Shown here in pieces: positions 16,161 to 30,950 of a DNA stretch of 64,000 bases (the first letter of the stretch is position 1; every line of letters starts with the position of its first letter). The DNA lies in NCBI RefSeq assembly GCF_009914755.1, contig NC_060931.1. One strand, written 5' to 3'. Under the pieces are notes generated by a model. The model saw only the letters and a list, made by a program, of their open reading frames with translations, searched no databases and was not told the origin of the DNA. Both the position numbers and the translations under genes were made by a program. This DNA comes from the human T2T-CHM13v2.0 reference genome, Homo sapiens.

Positions 16161-17562
16161 TAACCCAGCAGTCCCCTCAAATTTTTAAAAAAGAAAAAAA
16201 TTCAGAACAGATAACATAGTATGTTCCCATTTACGTGAAAACAATGTGAGACTATACAGTGGTTGATATGTACTGATAAGTACAAAAAAGACATCTGGAA
16301 AAATAAATGAGAATGAGTTTTTTTTTTTTTCTTTCACTTTGTATCCTTCTGTACTGGTTGGTTTCTTTTTCAAAAGCTATAAGCATGAATAATTGTGAAG
16401 ACCTAGTTTTTTAAAAAAAATCTTAAAGACCTAGTTAAAAAAATAAAATCATATTTAAGAAAGAGGGCATGTCACAAGTCAGGGTGAATCTCCCTGAACC
16501 TACTCTAGATTGTCAATGGTATCAGAGAGGGTTAGAACCACTTACACAATTGGAAAGCACACAAGCTCTTAAGTCTGGTTTCAGGAACCTTGAAAATACA
16601 TTCAAGGTTTCTCCCACTTAGGCCGTTCTGCTTCCAGGAATAAAAACAGCCTGAACTTTAACTCTTGATCCAGAAAAAAAGGAGTAGTATGAAATAGACT
16701 AGGCCAGACCTCCTTGGCTTCTGAAGTACCTCTGACAAGACTTTCCTGCTCCACTTACCACACCCTCCCCAGTCCCTCACCTAACACCCGCTAGCTCAGG
16801 CACACCGTAATCAGGACTTCCCAGCTCACTGAAAAATGTCTGCCTGAGTGATTCATACATAGCATAGCCAGGGCTACTCCAAATCTGCCCCTGTGGAGCC
16901 TTCATTCTTTTAACAAATGTTTATTTGTGGCAGAAGAGTGTAATTATCTATCCAAACTATTAGGTTCAAATCCTGGCTCCTCAAGTGACTAGCAAATTAC
17001 TTAACCTTTCTGTGCTCAGCTTCCTCATTTATAAAATGGAGATGATCATGATGACTGCCTTCAGGCTGCAGCAGAGACTCAGCGGTTGACACCTGTGAAT
17101 GCTTACTGGGCATCTCCCTATACAAAGATGGTTCTAGGTCAAACAGATACAGAAGTCATCAAAATAGAGTTTCCTGCTCCCGTGGAATTTAAGGTCTAGT
17201 AGAAAAGGCACAATTCAGTTCTCTTAATACAAACTAACAAACAAAAAAACACAAATAACAAATGATTACACATTGTAATGAGGTCCATAAAGGAAGAGTA
17301 AAAGTACAATGAAGGTTACAATAGGGAATGTGCTTATATTTAAATTCTGGATCATGATTTCCCAGCTCTAGTACTGAAGTTACTTAAACAGAAGCAGCAG
17401 CCAACAGAGTTGGTGGGTTCAATCGATTTTGTGTCTTTTCTCATGTCACAAACTTGTTAGAGTTCAACAGGCAGGAATTCAATGGTTTTGCAACAAAAGG
17501 TACTCAGAAAAAGCTCCCTTTCTTTGCCAACAGTGAGTGTATGTTATAGAATCTTCTACTCA

Positions 17563-17787
<225 letters not shown>

Positions 17788-19084
17788 TTAATAAACAAGT
17801 AGGCAGATTCCAATTTGCCTGTGCTTTGGAGAAAAGGAGAGCTATGCAGGTTATTTCTTTCCCAACTAAAACATAAGTGCCTATTTGCTCTCTAGAATTG
17901 TCAGCACATTCTAAGCATGAAGTGCAAAGGCACCACATACCTTATCTCGGATAGTCCCTAATATCACAATGCCAACTTTCTGGTTCTCTGGGACACTCCC
18001 AGCTGCCCCAGGGAAGATCTCAGAGCCTCCCCACCCCATCTCTCCCTCAGGCCAATAGTTTGGCCTGATTTAACCATCTACTAATTTTAGAGTCTGTCTA
18101 GGCATAGATTATAGCCTAAAGCAATTTGCAATTATGATTTACAATAGTATGAAATTTGTGACATGATCAATCCAAAGGTCTCAGAGAGCACCCTAGTGCT
18201 ATGATTCTCACAGGCAAAGGAATTCAGTGGATTATGAAGAGCTACAGATTTCCATTTTCTTTTCCTCATTATCTAGGGCTCAAGCTTTGATGCAAATCAT
18301 GACAGTCTGTGGCCTCCAGCCTGACTCTGTTTCTGGTTTTAATGATCAAAGGGATTTCCCCAGCAGTTCAGTAAAAGAGAGAGAGGAAGGGTAATTTACT
18401 AAGTACTTCCCTTCCTCACAGTCACGAGGTCCCTGCTATTTCCTATCTGAGACACTCAGATTAGAAAGTATCAATAAAGATGGCCAAGAAGGAATATATT
18501 AAATAGAAGTTACCTTACAATAAAGAGAACATAAAAGATACACATGTATTAACATGGCTGAACTAAGTGTAAATGTATGAAAGATGAGCCTTGGGTGACG
18601 GGGGCCAGATAGGATACATCAAGGGAGATTTAGGGAAGAGTTGGACATAAACATCATTCATTCATTAAACAATTTTTTTTTATTGAGGATCTACTGCGTG
18701 CCAGGCACTGTTCTAGATGCTAGGGGAACAACAGTGACTCGTACCTCAGGGACTGAGCAAAATCAGTCCCATTATTTGCTTTTGTAGAATATATAATATG
18801 ATGGGAAAGACCGAAATTAATCAAGTAGTTACACAAATGAGTGTATTAATTACAGACTGTGATGAGCACGCATATAGAAAAAGTGGGGGAGGGTGCCTAG
18901 GAGTGCCTGTAACAGGAACCCAACAAACCGGAAGCAGTTAAAAAGGTTTTCTTAAGAAAGGGAGCCTTGAGGTAAGAACTGAAGGATGAGTAGGAGCTGA
19001 CTGGGCAAAGGAGGAGGAAGAGAGAAAGAAGTATTCCAGCAAGTGGGTGTCATGCACAGCGGCCCTGTGGCAGGGAGGAGCTGA

Positions 19085-19553
<469 letters not shown>

Positions 19554-19686
19554 TCTGACGGTTCTAAAACAGGTGATGGAGAGAGAGGAGATTCACATTG
19601 TGAAAAGTTTGCCCTGAGACCAGATAGAAAGTTATCGTCCACATGGGAGGTGATGGAGACTTGGTGGTGGAGTCAGAGAGAAGTAG

Positions 19687-20130
<444 letters not shown>

Positions 20131-21174
20131 AGGACTTCCAGAAGATTACATATGGGGTACAGGAGAAGGAATCCATGGAATCCATGACTGCCAGGTTTTT
20201 ACTGGGGCTTAAGGAGGAAGACAGTAGCGCTGGCAAAAGCTGGGAAGGAGGACAGGCAGGTGAGCTGGTGCACCTTTGAGCTGAATGATGGGTCTGTCTA
20301 GGGTGTCTCTTGCTGAAGAACTTTTGAACTCTTATAGTAGGAGACAACACTAGAGGATCAATAGAGAAAGTTGGAAAACTCTGGATCGACTTGCACCTGG
20401 AAACTGATGAGCTCTGTGGTGTTAGGCAAGTCAGTTCACCTCTGTGGATTTCAGTTCCCTGAAAGGTCCTTCACACCTTCCTCCCATATCAGAATCTCCT
20501 GAAGTGCTTGTGAACATGCACATACATGGACAATTGTCTGCATTGGATAATGAAAAAGCACAGATTTAAAAGACTTGCCTAAGATGGTACAGGCAGAGCC
20601 AAAATGAGGGCTCCAGTCCAGGTCTGACTCACTCTAAAACTGTAAGATATGAGTAAAAGGAGTGAATGGAGATGGTCCCAAACAGAATTTCCATAGCATC
20701 GCCAGTGATACTTCAGCATGTAAGTGGGCCAGGCTTGGGAAAAAGCTGTAGCTGTCCCCTTATCTCCTAGTTGGAGAGTGCTACAGTTAAGTTTCATTAT
20801 TTCATCATTTCCTCTGCTGACCCAGGGCAGGCACCACCACATCCTCAACCAGGGACACACACAGGACTCTCACATTTTACCAAACAAAAAATCCTACAAA
20901 CAAGCCTAAAATTTCCCTTTGAAGCCAAATGGGAGAACCAAATCTACCTCAACTTTACTCTAAAGCTGTTTTTTAACACATATACTAATAACATTTTTAA
21001 AAGAATTTCAGGATGTTGACTCTCTAGAAACCGTGACAAACATATAATTGAGTTTTTAAAAAATAAGGTTGACATATCAACCTGTCATATGACCTATGAA
21101 ATGCTTTCAAGAAACCCGTGCAAAATTAAAGAGAGCTCTTCAAGACATCAAACACACAAAAAGAAGTTATTTGG

Positions 21175-21470
<296 letters not shown>

Positions 21471-22025
21471 AAGAAGTTATTTTGTTGGAACTGATTTTTT
21501 AAAAAATTATCTACCTAAATAATCCACATAAATTAGCCACACAAAAATAATCCAAAGTAGACCTGGATTTGTAGAGCACTTAGAGCTTTGGGTCTTTGTT
21601 GTTTCCTGATAGTTTCTAATGGGCTTGCTGTGTTTTCCCAACTAGCCTACAATAAAGTCTAGTACTCCCTTTTTCATTCCCATCAGTGCCAAGGACATGT
21701 TAAATTATTTAGCATAGTACTAGGTGCATAATAAAAGTACTAAGAGCAAGCAGTTAAGGAATTCTAAATACATTATATGCATTAAGTGATTTATCTTCTC
21801 AGCAGCCCATAGAAATGGGAAAACTGAGGTCACACAGCTAATAAATGGCAGAGTTAGAATTCCCACCCAGTCTATAGGATTCTCAACACCCATGAATCTT
21901 ATCTGTCACAATGCATTGGTAATCATTCCTATTTCTCCTTCCTTCCTATTTCTTCCCCTCTTTTCTTCCAAATGTATTCTCATGTTCTATTAATCACTGA
22001 CATAGTTATAAAAACCATTCCCCTT

Positions 22026-22165
22026 CTGGGCACAATGGCTCACGCCTGTCATCTCAACAGTTTGGGAGGCTGAGGCTGAGATGGAAGGACTGCTTGAGGC
22101 CAGGAGTTCTAGACCAGCTTGGGAAACATAGTGAGACCCTGTCTCTACAAAAAATTAAAAAAAAT
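22026..22165 (+). mobile_element. FLAM / Alu monomer
   Basis: Single left arm. Confidence 0.8.
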
Positions 22166-22258
22166 TTTAAAACAACAACAAAAACCCATTCTCTTAAGGG
22201 AAAAGCATAACTTCATATCAGTAGATAAGATAAAGTGCTAAAACCTTTTTAGCCAATC

Positions 22259-22612
<354 letters not shown>

Positions 22613-23274
22613 TAGAGATATAGCCAAAGGATATACTCACACAAATATGCAAAACACCACAAAGCTGTATTTAGTAATGTTCACTAGAGCATTGTTTGTA
22701 CAGAAAACTGGATATGACCTAAATGTCCATCAGTAGGAGACTAAATAAATTACTTTGTATGGAATTCTATGCTGCTCTTAAAAAAAAAGAATGAGGTAGA
22801 TATGTGTACATGAGTATAGAAAAATCTTCAAGAAATATTAAATGGAAGCAGAAGTAACAGAGCATTATATGTAATATGATCTCACTTTGGATTGTTAAAC
22901 TAATAAAAAATAGATCACTGTAGGTAATTTTTGAAGTATTTCTCAATTTTTGTTTCTGTATCAGCAAGGTTATTTCTCTCCCTGAACTTGTACTTAGCAT
23001 TTAGACTAAGATATTGCACTAGAGTTTAGACAAAAGATAAGCCCTGGAGAAGTCTCTAGCAGAGAGGAAGGAGAAATGAAATAAAAGCCTAACCTTCAGG
23101 CTGGATGGGCTCTGGAGAGAAGAGGAAACCCAGAGGGCTTGCAGAGGGTCAGATATGTGGGTTATGGAAATCCTGCCTCCCAAGTCAAAATTCCAGAGGG
23201 GAGGTGTGAGGTTGAGGGGAAAGTTGAAAGCAGCGGGGCTCTTGCTCCTTTCATTTCACTGGTCAGGAAGATAC

Positions 23275-23684
23275 TGTCAGGCCTCTGAGCCCAAGCTAAG
23301 CCATCATATCCCCTGTGACCTGCACGTACACATCCATATGGCCGGTTCCTGCCTTAACTGATGACATTCCACCACAAAAGAAGTGAAAATGGCCTGTTCC
23401 TGCCTTAACTGATGACATTATCTTGTGAAATTCCTTCTCCTGGCTCATCCTGGCTCAAAAGCTCCCCTACTGAGCACCTCGTGACCCCCACTCCTGCCCG
23501 ACAGAGAACAACCCCTTTGACTGTAATTTTCCTTTACCTACCCAGATCCTATAAAATGGCCCCACCCCCATCTCCCTTTGCTGACTCTCTTCGAACTCAG
23601 CCTGCCTGCACCCAGGTGAAATAAACAGCCTTGTTGCTCACACAAAGCCTGTTTGGTGGTCTCTTCACACGGACGCACATGAAA
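23275..23684 (+). mobile_element. HERV-H 5' LTR (LTR7, LTR7up-like)
   Basis: Duplicated GTTCCTGCCTTAACTGATGACATT block, ACAAAAGA 23374-23381, TATAAAA 23550-23556, GCCCCACCCC, AATAAA 23620-23625. Confidence 0.95.
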
Positions 23685-23686
23685 TT

Positions 23687-23704
23687 TGGTGCCATGACTC
23701 GAAT
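23687..23704 (+). other. Primer binding site, tRNA-His type
   Basis: TGGTGCCATGACTCGAAT, two G>A changes from TGGTGCCGTGACTCGGAT, 2 nt after the LTR end. Confidence 0.9.
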
Positions 23705-25285
23705 CGGGGGACCTCCTTGGGAGGTTGGGGGATCTCCCTTGGGAGATCAATCCCCTGTCCTCCTGCTCTTTGCTCCATGAAAAAGATCCACCTACGACCT
23801 TGGGTCCTCAGACCCACCAGCCCAAGGAACATCTCACTAATTTTAAATTGGGTAAGCGGCCTCTTCTTACTCTCTTCTCCAACCTCTCTCACTATCCCTC
23901 GACCACTTTCTCCTTTCAATCTTGGCACCACCCTTCAATCTCTCCCTTCTCTTAATTTCAGTTCCTTTCCTTTTCTGGTAGAGACAGGAGACGCATTTTA
24001 TCTGTGGACCCAAAACTCTGGTGCCTGTCACGGACTCGGGAAGACAGTCTTCCCTTGATGTTTATCACGCGAGGACGCCTGCCTGATTATTCACCCACGT
24101 TTCAGAGGTGTCCAACCACGCAGGGACGACTGCCTTGGTCCTTCACCCTTAGCAGCAAGTACCGCTTTTCTGGGGGGCAAGAACCCCCCAACCCCTTCTC
24201 CTTCACCCTGAGTGGCAAGTGCCGCTTTTCTAGGGGGCAAGAACCCCCCGATCCCTTATTTCCACGCCCTGACCCCTTATCTCCACACCCTGACCCCTTA
24301 TCTCTGTGCCCCAACCCTTTATTTCCACACCCCGACCCCTTTCCCACTTTTCTGGAGGGTAAGAACCCCCGAACCCCTTCCCTCCGTGTCTCTACTCTCT
24401 CTTTTCTCTAGGCTTGCCTCCTTCACTATGGGCAAACTTCCACCCTCCATTCCCCCTTCTTCTCCCTTAGCCTGTGTTCTTAAAAACCTAAAACCTCTTC
24501 AACTCACACCTGACCTAAAACCTAAAGGCCTTATTTTCTTCTACAATGCCGCTTGACCCCAATACAAACTCGATAGTGGTTCCAAACAGCCAGAAAACAG
24601 CACTTTCATTTTTTCCATCTTACAAGATCTAAATAATTCTTGTCATAAAATGGGCAAGTGGTCTGAGGTGCCTGACGTCCAGGCATTCTTTTACACATCA
24701 GTCCTCCCTAGTCTGTGTTCCCAATGCAACTCGTCCCAAATCTTCCCTCTTTCCTTCCCGCCTGTCCCCTCAGTCCCAACCCCAAGTGTCGCCGAGTCTT
24801 TCTAATCTTCCTTTTCTACAGACCCATCTGACCTCTCTCCTCCATGCCAGGCCCAGCTAGGTCCCAATTCTTCCTCAGCCTCTGCTCCTCCACCCTATAA
24901 TCCTTTTATCACCTCCCCTCCTCACACCCAGTCTGGCTTACAGTTTCGTTCCATGACTAGCCCTCCCCCACCTGCCCAGCAATTTCCTCTTAAAAAGTAG
25001 CTGGAGCTAAAGGCATAGTCAAGGTTAATGCTCCTTTTCTTTATCCCAAATAAGAGAGCATTTAGGCTCTTTTTCATGAAATATGAAAAACCCAGCCCAG
25101 TTCATGGCTCATTTGGCAGCAACCCTGAGACACTTTACAGCCCTAGACCCTAAAAGGTCAAAAGGCCGTCTTATTCTCAACACACATTTTATTACCCAAT
25201 CCACTCCCGACTTTAAATAAATCTCCAAAAATTAAATTCCGGCCCTCAAACCCCACAACAGGACTTAATTAACCTCACCTTCAAG

Positions 25286-25636
25286 GTGTACAAAAATAGA
25301 AAAAAGTTGCAATTCCTTGCCTCCACTGTGAGACAAACCCCAGCCACATCTCCAGCACACAAGAACTTCCAAATACCTGAACCACAGCAGCCAGGCGTTC
25401 CTCCAGAACCTCCTCCCCCAGGAGCTTGCTACAAGTGCTGGAAATCTGGCCACTGCGCCAAGGAATGCCCACAGCCCAGGATTCCTCCTAAGCCGTGTCC
25501 CATCTGTGCGGGACCCCCAAGAAAATCGGACTGTTCAACTCACCTGGCAGCCACTTCCAGAGCCCCTGGAACTCTGGCCCAAGGCTCTCTGACTGACTCC
25601 TTCCCAGATCTTCTCGGCTTAGCAGCTGAAGACTGA
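25286..25636 (+). pseudogene. HERV-H gag C-terminal (nucleocapsid) remnant
   Basis: CCHC knuckle CYKCWKSGHCAKEC; second knuckle CPICAGPPRKSDC lacks its His. Confidence 0.85.
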
Positions 25637-26090
25637 CACTGCCCAATCACCTCAGAAGCCTACAGGACCATCACAGACACTCTAGGTAACTCTCACAGTG
25701 GAGGGTAAGTCCGTCCCCTTCTTAATCAATACGGAGGCTACCCACTCCACATTACCTTCTTTTCAAGGGCCTGTTTCCCTTGCCTCCATAACTGTTGTGG
25801 GTATTGATGGCCAAGCTTCAAAACCCCTGAAAACTCCCCCACTCTAGTGCCAACTTGGACAACACTCTTTTATGCATTCTTTTTTAGTTATTCCCACCTG
25901 CCCAGTTCCCTTATTAGGCCGAGATATTTTAAGCAAATTATCTGCTTCCCTGACTATTCCTGGACTACAGCCACATCTCATTGCCGCCCTTATCCCCAAC
26001 CCAAAGCCTCCTTTGCGTCTTCCTCTCATATCCCCCAACCTTAACCCACAAGTATAGGACATCTCTACTCCTTCCCTGGCAACGGATCAC

Positions 26091-27209
26091 ATGCCCATTA
26101 CCATCCCATTAAAACCTAATTACCCTTACCCCGCTCAACGCCAATATCCCATCCCACAGCACGCTTTAAAAGGATTAAAGCCTGTTATCACTCACCTGCT
26201 ACAGCATAGGCTTCTAAAACCTATAAACTCTCCTTACAATTCCCCCATTTTACCTGTCCAAAAACCGGACAAGTCTTACAGATTAGTTCAGGATCTGTGC
26301 CTTATCAACCAAATTGTTTTGCCTATCCACCCTGTGGTGCCCAACCCGTACACTCTTTTGTCCTCAATACCTTCCTCCACAACTCACTATTCCATTCTTG
26401 ATCTTAAAAATGCTTTTTTCACTATCCCCCTGCACCCCTCGTCCCAGCCTCTCTTTGCTTTCACCTGGACTGACGCTGACACCCATCAGTCCCAGCAGCT
26501 TACCTGGGCTGTGTTGCCGCAAGGTTTCAGGGACAGCCCTCATTACTTCAGCCAAGCTCTTTCTCATGATTTACTTTCTTTCCACCCCTCCGCTTCTCAC
26601 CTTATTCAATATATTGAGGATCTTCTTCTTTGTAGCCCCTCCTTTGAATCTTCTCAACAAGACACACTTCTGCTCCTTCAGCATTTATTCTCCAAAGGAT
26701 ATCAGGTATCCCCCTCCAAAGCTCAAATTTATTGTCCATCCATTACCTACCTTGGCATAATTCTTCATAAAAACACACGTGCTCTCCCTGCCGATCATGT
26801 CCAACTGATCTCTCAAACCCTAACCCCTTCTACAAAACAACAACTCCTTTCCTTCCTGGGCTTGGTTGGATACTTTCGCCTCTGGATACCTGGTTTTGCC
26901 ATCCTAACAAAACCATTATATAAACTCACAAAAGGAAACCTAGCTGACCCCATAGATCCTAAATCCTTTCCCCACTCCTCTTTCCATTCCTTGAAGACAG
27001 CTTTAGAGACTGCCCCCACCCTAGCTCTCCCTGACTCATCCCAACCCTTTTCATTACACACAGCCGAAGTGCAGGGCTGTGCAGTCGGAATTCTTACACA
27101 AGGACCGGGATCATGTCCTGTAGCCTTTTTGTCCAAACAACTTGACCTTACTGTTTTAGGCTGGTCATCATGTCTCTGTGCAGTGGCTACTGCTGCCCTA
27201 ATACTTTAG
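26091..27209 (+). pseudogene. HERV-H pol reverse transcriptase/connection fragment, 372-aa open frame, catalytically altered
   Basis: SPYNSPILPVQK, YRLVQDL, LDLKNAFF, LPQGFRDSP, YIEDLLL (YxDD changed to YIED), YLG, FLGLVGYFRLWIPGFA. Confidence 0.9.
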
Positions 27210-28820
27210 AGGCCCTTAAAATCACAAACTATGCTCAACTCACTCTCTACAGTTCTCATAACTTCCAAAATCTATTTTCCTCCTCACACCTGACACATAT
27301 ACTTTCTGCTCCCCGGCTCCTTCAGCTGGACTCACTCTTTGTTAAGTCTCCCACAATTACCCTTGTTCCTGGCCCAGACTTCAATCCGGCCTCCCACATT
27401 ATTCCTGATACCACACCTGACCACCATGACTGTACCTCTCTTATCCACCAGACATTCAACCCCATTTCCCCATATTTCCTTCTTTCCTGTTCCTCACCCT
27501 GATCACACTTGATTTATTGATGGCAGTTCCACCAGGCCTAATCGCCACACACCAGCAAAGGCAGGCTATGCTACAGCACAAGCCACTAGCCCACCCCTTA
27601 GAACCTCTCATTTCCTTTCCATCGTAAAAATCTACCCTCAAGGAAATAACTTCTCAGTGTTCCATCTGCTATTCTACTACTCCTCAAGGATTATTCAGGC
27701 CCCCTCCCTTCCCTACACATCAAGCTGGAGGATTTGCCCCCACCCTGGACTGGCAAATTGACTTTACTCAACATGCCCAAGTCAGAAAACTAAAATACCT
27801 CTTAGTCTAGGTAGACACTTTCACTGGATAGGTAGAGACCTTTCCTACAGGGTCTGAGAAGGCCACTGCAGTCATTTCTTCCCTTCTGTCAGACATAATT
27901 TCTCAGTTTAGCCTTCCCACCTCTATACAGTCTGATAACAGACTAGCCTTTATTAGTCAAATCAGCCAAGGAGTTTTTCAGGCTCTTAGTATTCAGTGAA
28001 ACCTTTATATCCCTTACGGTTGGTCCTCAGTCTTCAGGAAAAGTAGAACGGACTAAAGGTCTTTTAAAAACACACCTCACCAAGCTCAGCCACCAACTTA
28101 AAAAGGAGTGGACAATAATTTTACCACTTTCCCTTCTCAGAATTCAGGCCTGTCCTCAGAATGCTACAGGGTACAGCCCATTTGAGCTCCTGTACGGACG
28201 CTCCTTTTTATTAGGCCCCAGTCTCATCCCAGACACCAGACCAACTTAGACTGTGCCCCAAAAAACTTGTCATCCCTACTATTTTCTGTCTAGTCATACT
28301 CCTATTCACCGTTCTCAACTACTCATACATGCCCTGCTCTTGTTTACACTGCCGGTTTATACTGTTTCTCCAAGTCATCACAGCTGATATCTCCTGATGC
28401 TATCCCCAAACTGCCACTCTTAACTCTTAAAGTAAATAAATAATCTTTGCTGGCAGGACTATGCTGAATCTCCTTAGGCACTCTCTAGTCAAATGTCCTA
28501 GGTCCTCCCAATTCTTAGACCTTTAATACCTGTTTTTCTCCTTCTCTTATTCCATTTAGTTTTTCAATTCATACAAAACTGTATCCAGGCCATCACCAAT
28601 AATTCTAAATGACAAATGTTTCTTCTAACAACCCCACAATATCACCCCTTACCACAAGATCTGCCTTCAGCTTAATCTCTCCCACTGTAGGTTCCCACAC
28701 CGCCCCAATCCCGCTCGAAGCAGCCCATTATCTCTCCATACTACCCCCAAAAATTTTCGCCGCCCTAACACTTTATCACTATTTCGTCTTATTTTTCTTA
28801 TTAATATAAGAAGACAGGAA

Positions 28821-29232
28821 TGTCAGGCCTCTGAGCCCAAGCTAAGCCGTCATATCCCCTGTGACCTGAACGTACACATCCAGATGGCCGGTTCCTGCCT
28901 TAACTGATGACATTCCACCACAAAAGAAGTGAAAATGGCCTGTTCCTGCCTTAACTGATGACATTATCTTGTGAAATTCCTTCTCCTGGCTCATCCTGGC
29001 TCAAAAGCTCCCCTACTGAGCACCTCGTGACCCCCACTCCTGCCCGACAGAGAACAACCCCTTTGACTGTAATTTTCCTTTACCTACCCAGATCCTATAA
29101 AATGGCCCCACCCCCATCTCCCTTTGCTGACTCTCTTTTCAGACTCAGCCTGCCTGCACCCACGTGAAATAAACAGCCTTGTTGCTCACACAAAGCCTGT
29201 TTAGTGGTCTCTTCACACGGACGCGCATGAAA
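28821..29232 (+). mobile_element. HERV-H 3' LTR (LTR7)
   Basis: About 98% identical to the 5' LTR; preceded by polypurine tract AAGAAGACAGGAA 28808-28820. Confidence 0.95.
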
Positions 29233-30530
29233 GATACTGCCCCTCATAGTGCCCGGCCATTGCATCAGGAGGAGAAATCCTCTGAGGTGTGATAAGGCAG
29301 GAAAAGGGCCTGGATTTAGGGGCTGAGGACACTTTAAGCTACCTGGTGGCATGGGAGTGTGCACAAGTTCCTTTGTTCCCTGGGGAGAGGCACAAAAGAG
29401 GTCTGGTAGTGCTCGCTGATCAGTTTACAAAGGAGGTCTCCAGGCAAAGGGCATGGGGGAGTGAGATTGACCCAACCTTGCTGAGAGCTCCCAGGCCTGC
29501 CCCCACCCGGGGAATCACAGGTGGACCCAGTCAGAGCAGGCTGACAGAGTACAGGCCTCAAGGCCACTCACTGAAGAAAGTAAGAGCAGATGCCACCAGG
29601 CTGACCACAGGACAGTGTGATCTGCGTTCCACCACAGGTATCAGTAAGTGTCCAGATAACTTCCCCAAAGTGCCAGCTTTGGAAAGAGAAGGTGGAGGAG
29701 CGGAGCGCTGAAAGATGCAGCATTTCCTCGAAAGGAGCTGTGTCGAAGCGAAAGGAGACAGTAAAGCAGAAGGGACTGGGCTCCCATTAGCGAGCAAGGC
29801 TGGACTTCCCTGCTGCCCAAAAGGAAGGACTTATAAGAAGAAAGATAACCTATCAGTTAGAGCAAAACAGAGGTGCTGCCCTTTGTGTATCCAAGTGTAG
29901 GGAGTGAATTAATCCGTGACCCACTATGCAAAAACATATTACATAAAACTCCCAGAGCTCTTAGGAGAGGTTGCCTCTGAGAAGCGGAACTGGGGTCAGT
30001 GGATGTGCAGGTGGTAAACCTTATTGCTTTTGTAATAGAAAATGTGAAAATGTTTTAAATAGACCTCACCAGAAGCACTCGTAATACAAAATTAAATAGT
30101 CTCACTTCTCATTATACCCTATTTCTACATAAAATTCTAAATGATACTTTGCTGGAAACCAATGATTTCTTCTTTTTTATTTATTATTGATGAACTCTAC
30201 AGTTCCACATCCAAACCAAAAGGGACTCAAATGTTTCAAGTTTATCACATTTAAATCTCACTGAAACAGCAGTATCAGATTAACTCTTGCATAACACGTA
30301 TCAGAACTGATTCCTTACATAAGGGGCTGTCCATTCATTAATTCCATAAATATTTTTGAGGGCTTATTATGTACTGGGAACATTTATAAGGACAGGATAC
30401 TGTGGTGAATAAAACAAAGTCCCTGTTCTCAAGAAGCTTCTATACTAGTGAGAGAGATAGACAATGAACATGCATGCAAATGGATAAATAATATAACCTT
30501 AGCTAGTGGTAAATGCTGTGATAAAAGTAA

Positions 30531-30911
<381 letters not shown>

Positions 30912-30950
30912 TGGACTCTTAACAATTTTCACTCTAAAATGCCTTTAGAG

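Larger units (their letters stand above)
23275..29232 (+). mobile_element. HERV-H provirus, common internally deleted ~6-kb form
   Basis: Two ~410-bp LTRs (TGTCAGG...CATGAAA), 5-bp TSD GATAC (23270-23274 and 29233-29237), His-tRNA PBS, gag zinc knuckle, RT ORF, PPT. Confidence 0.97.

Noticed and set aside
23687-23704. tRNA gene
   Set aside because: Only the 18-nt retroviral PBS complementary to tRNA-His; no cloverleaf.
24120-24375. Repeat array (CTTCACCCT...GGGGGCAAGAACCCCC; CCCTGACCCCTTAT units) resembling a CRISPR-like array
   Set aside because: Ordinary HERV-H leader tandem repeats with no unique spacers, in a eukaryotic context.
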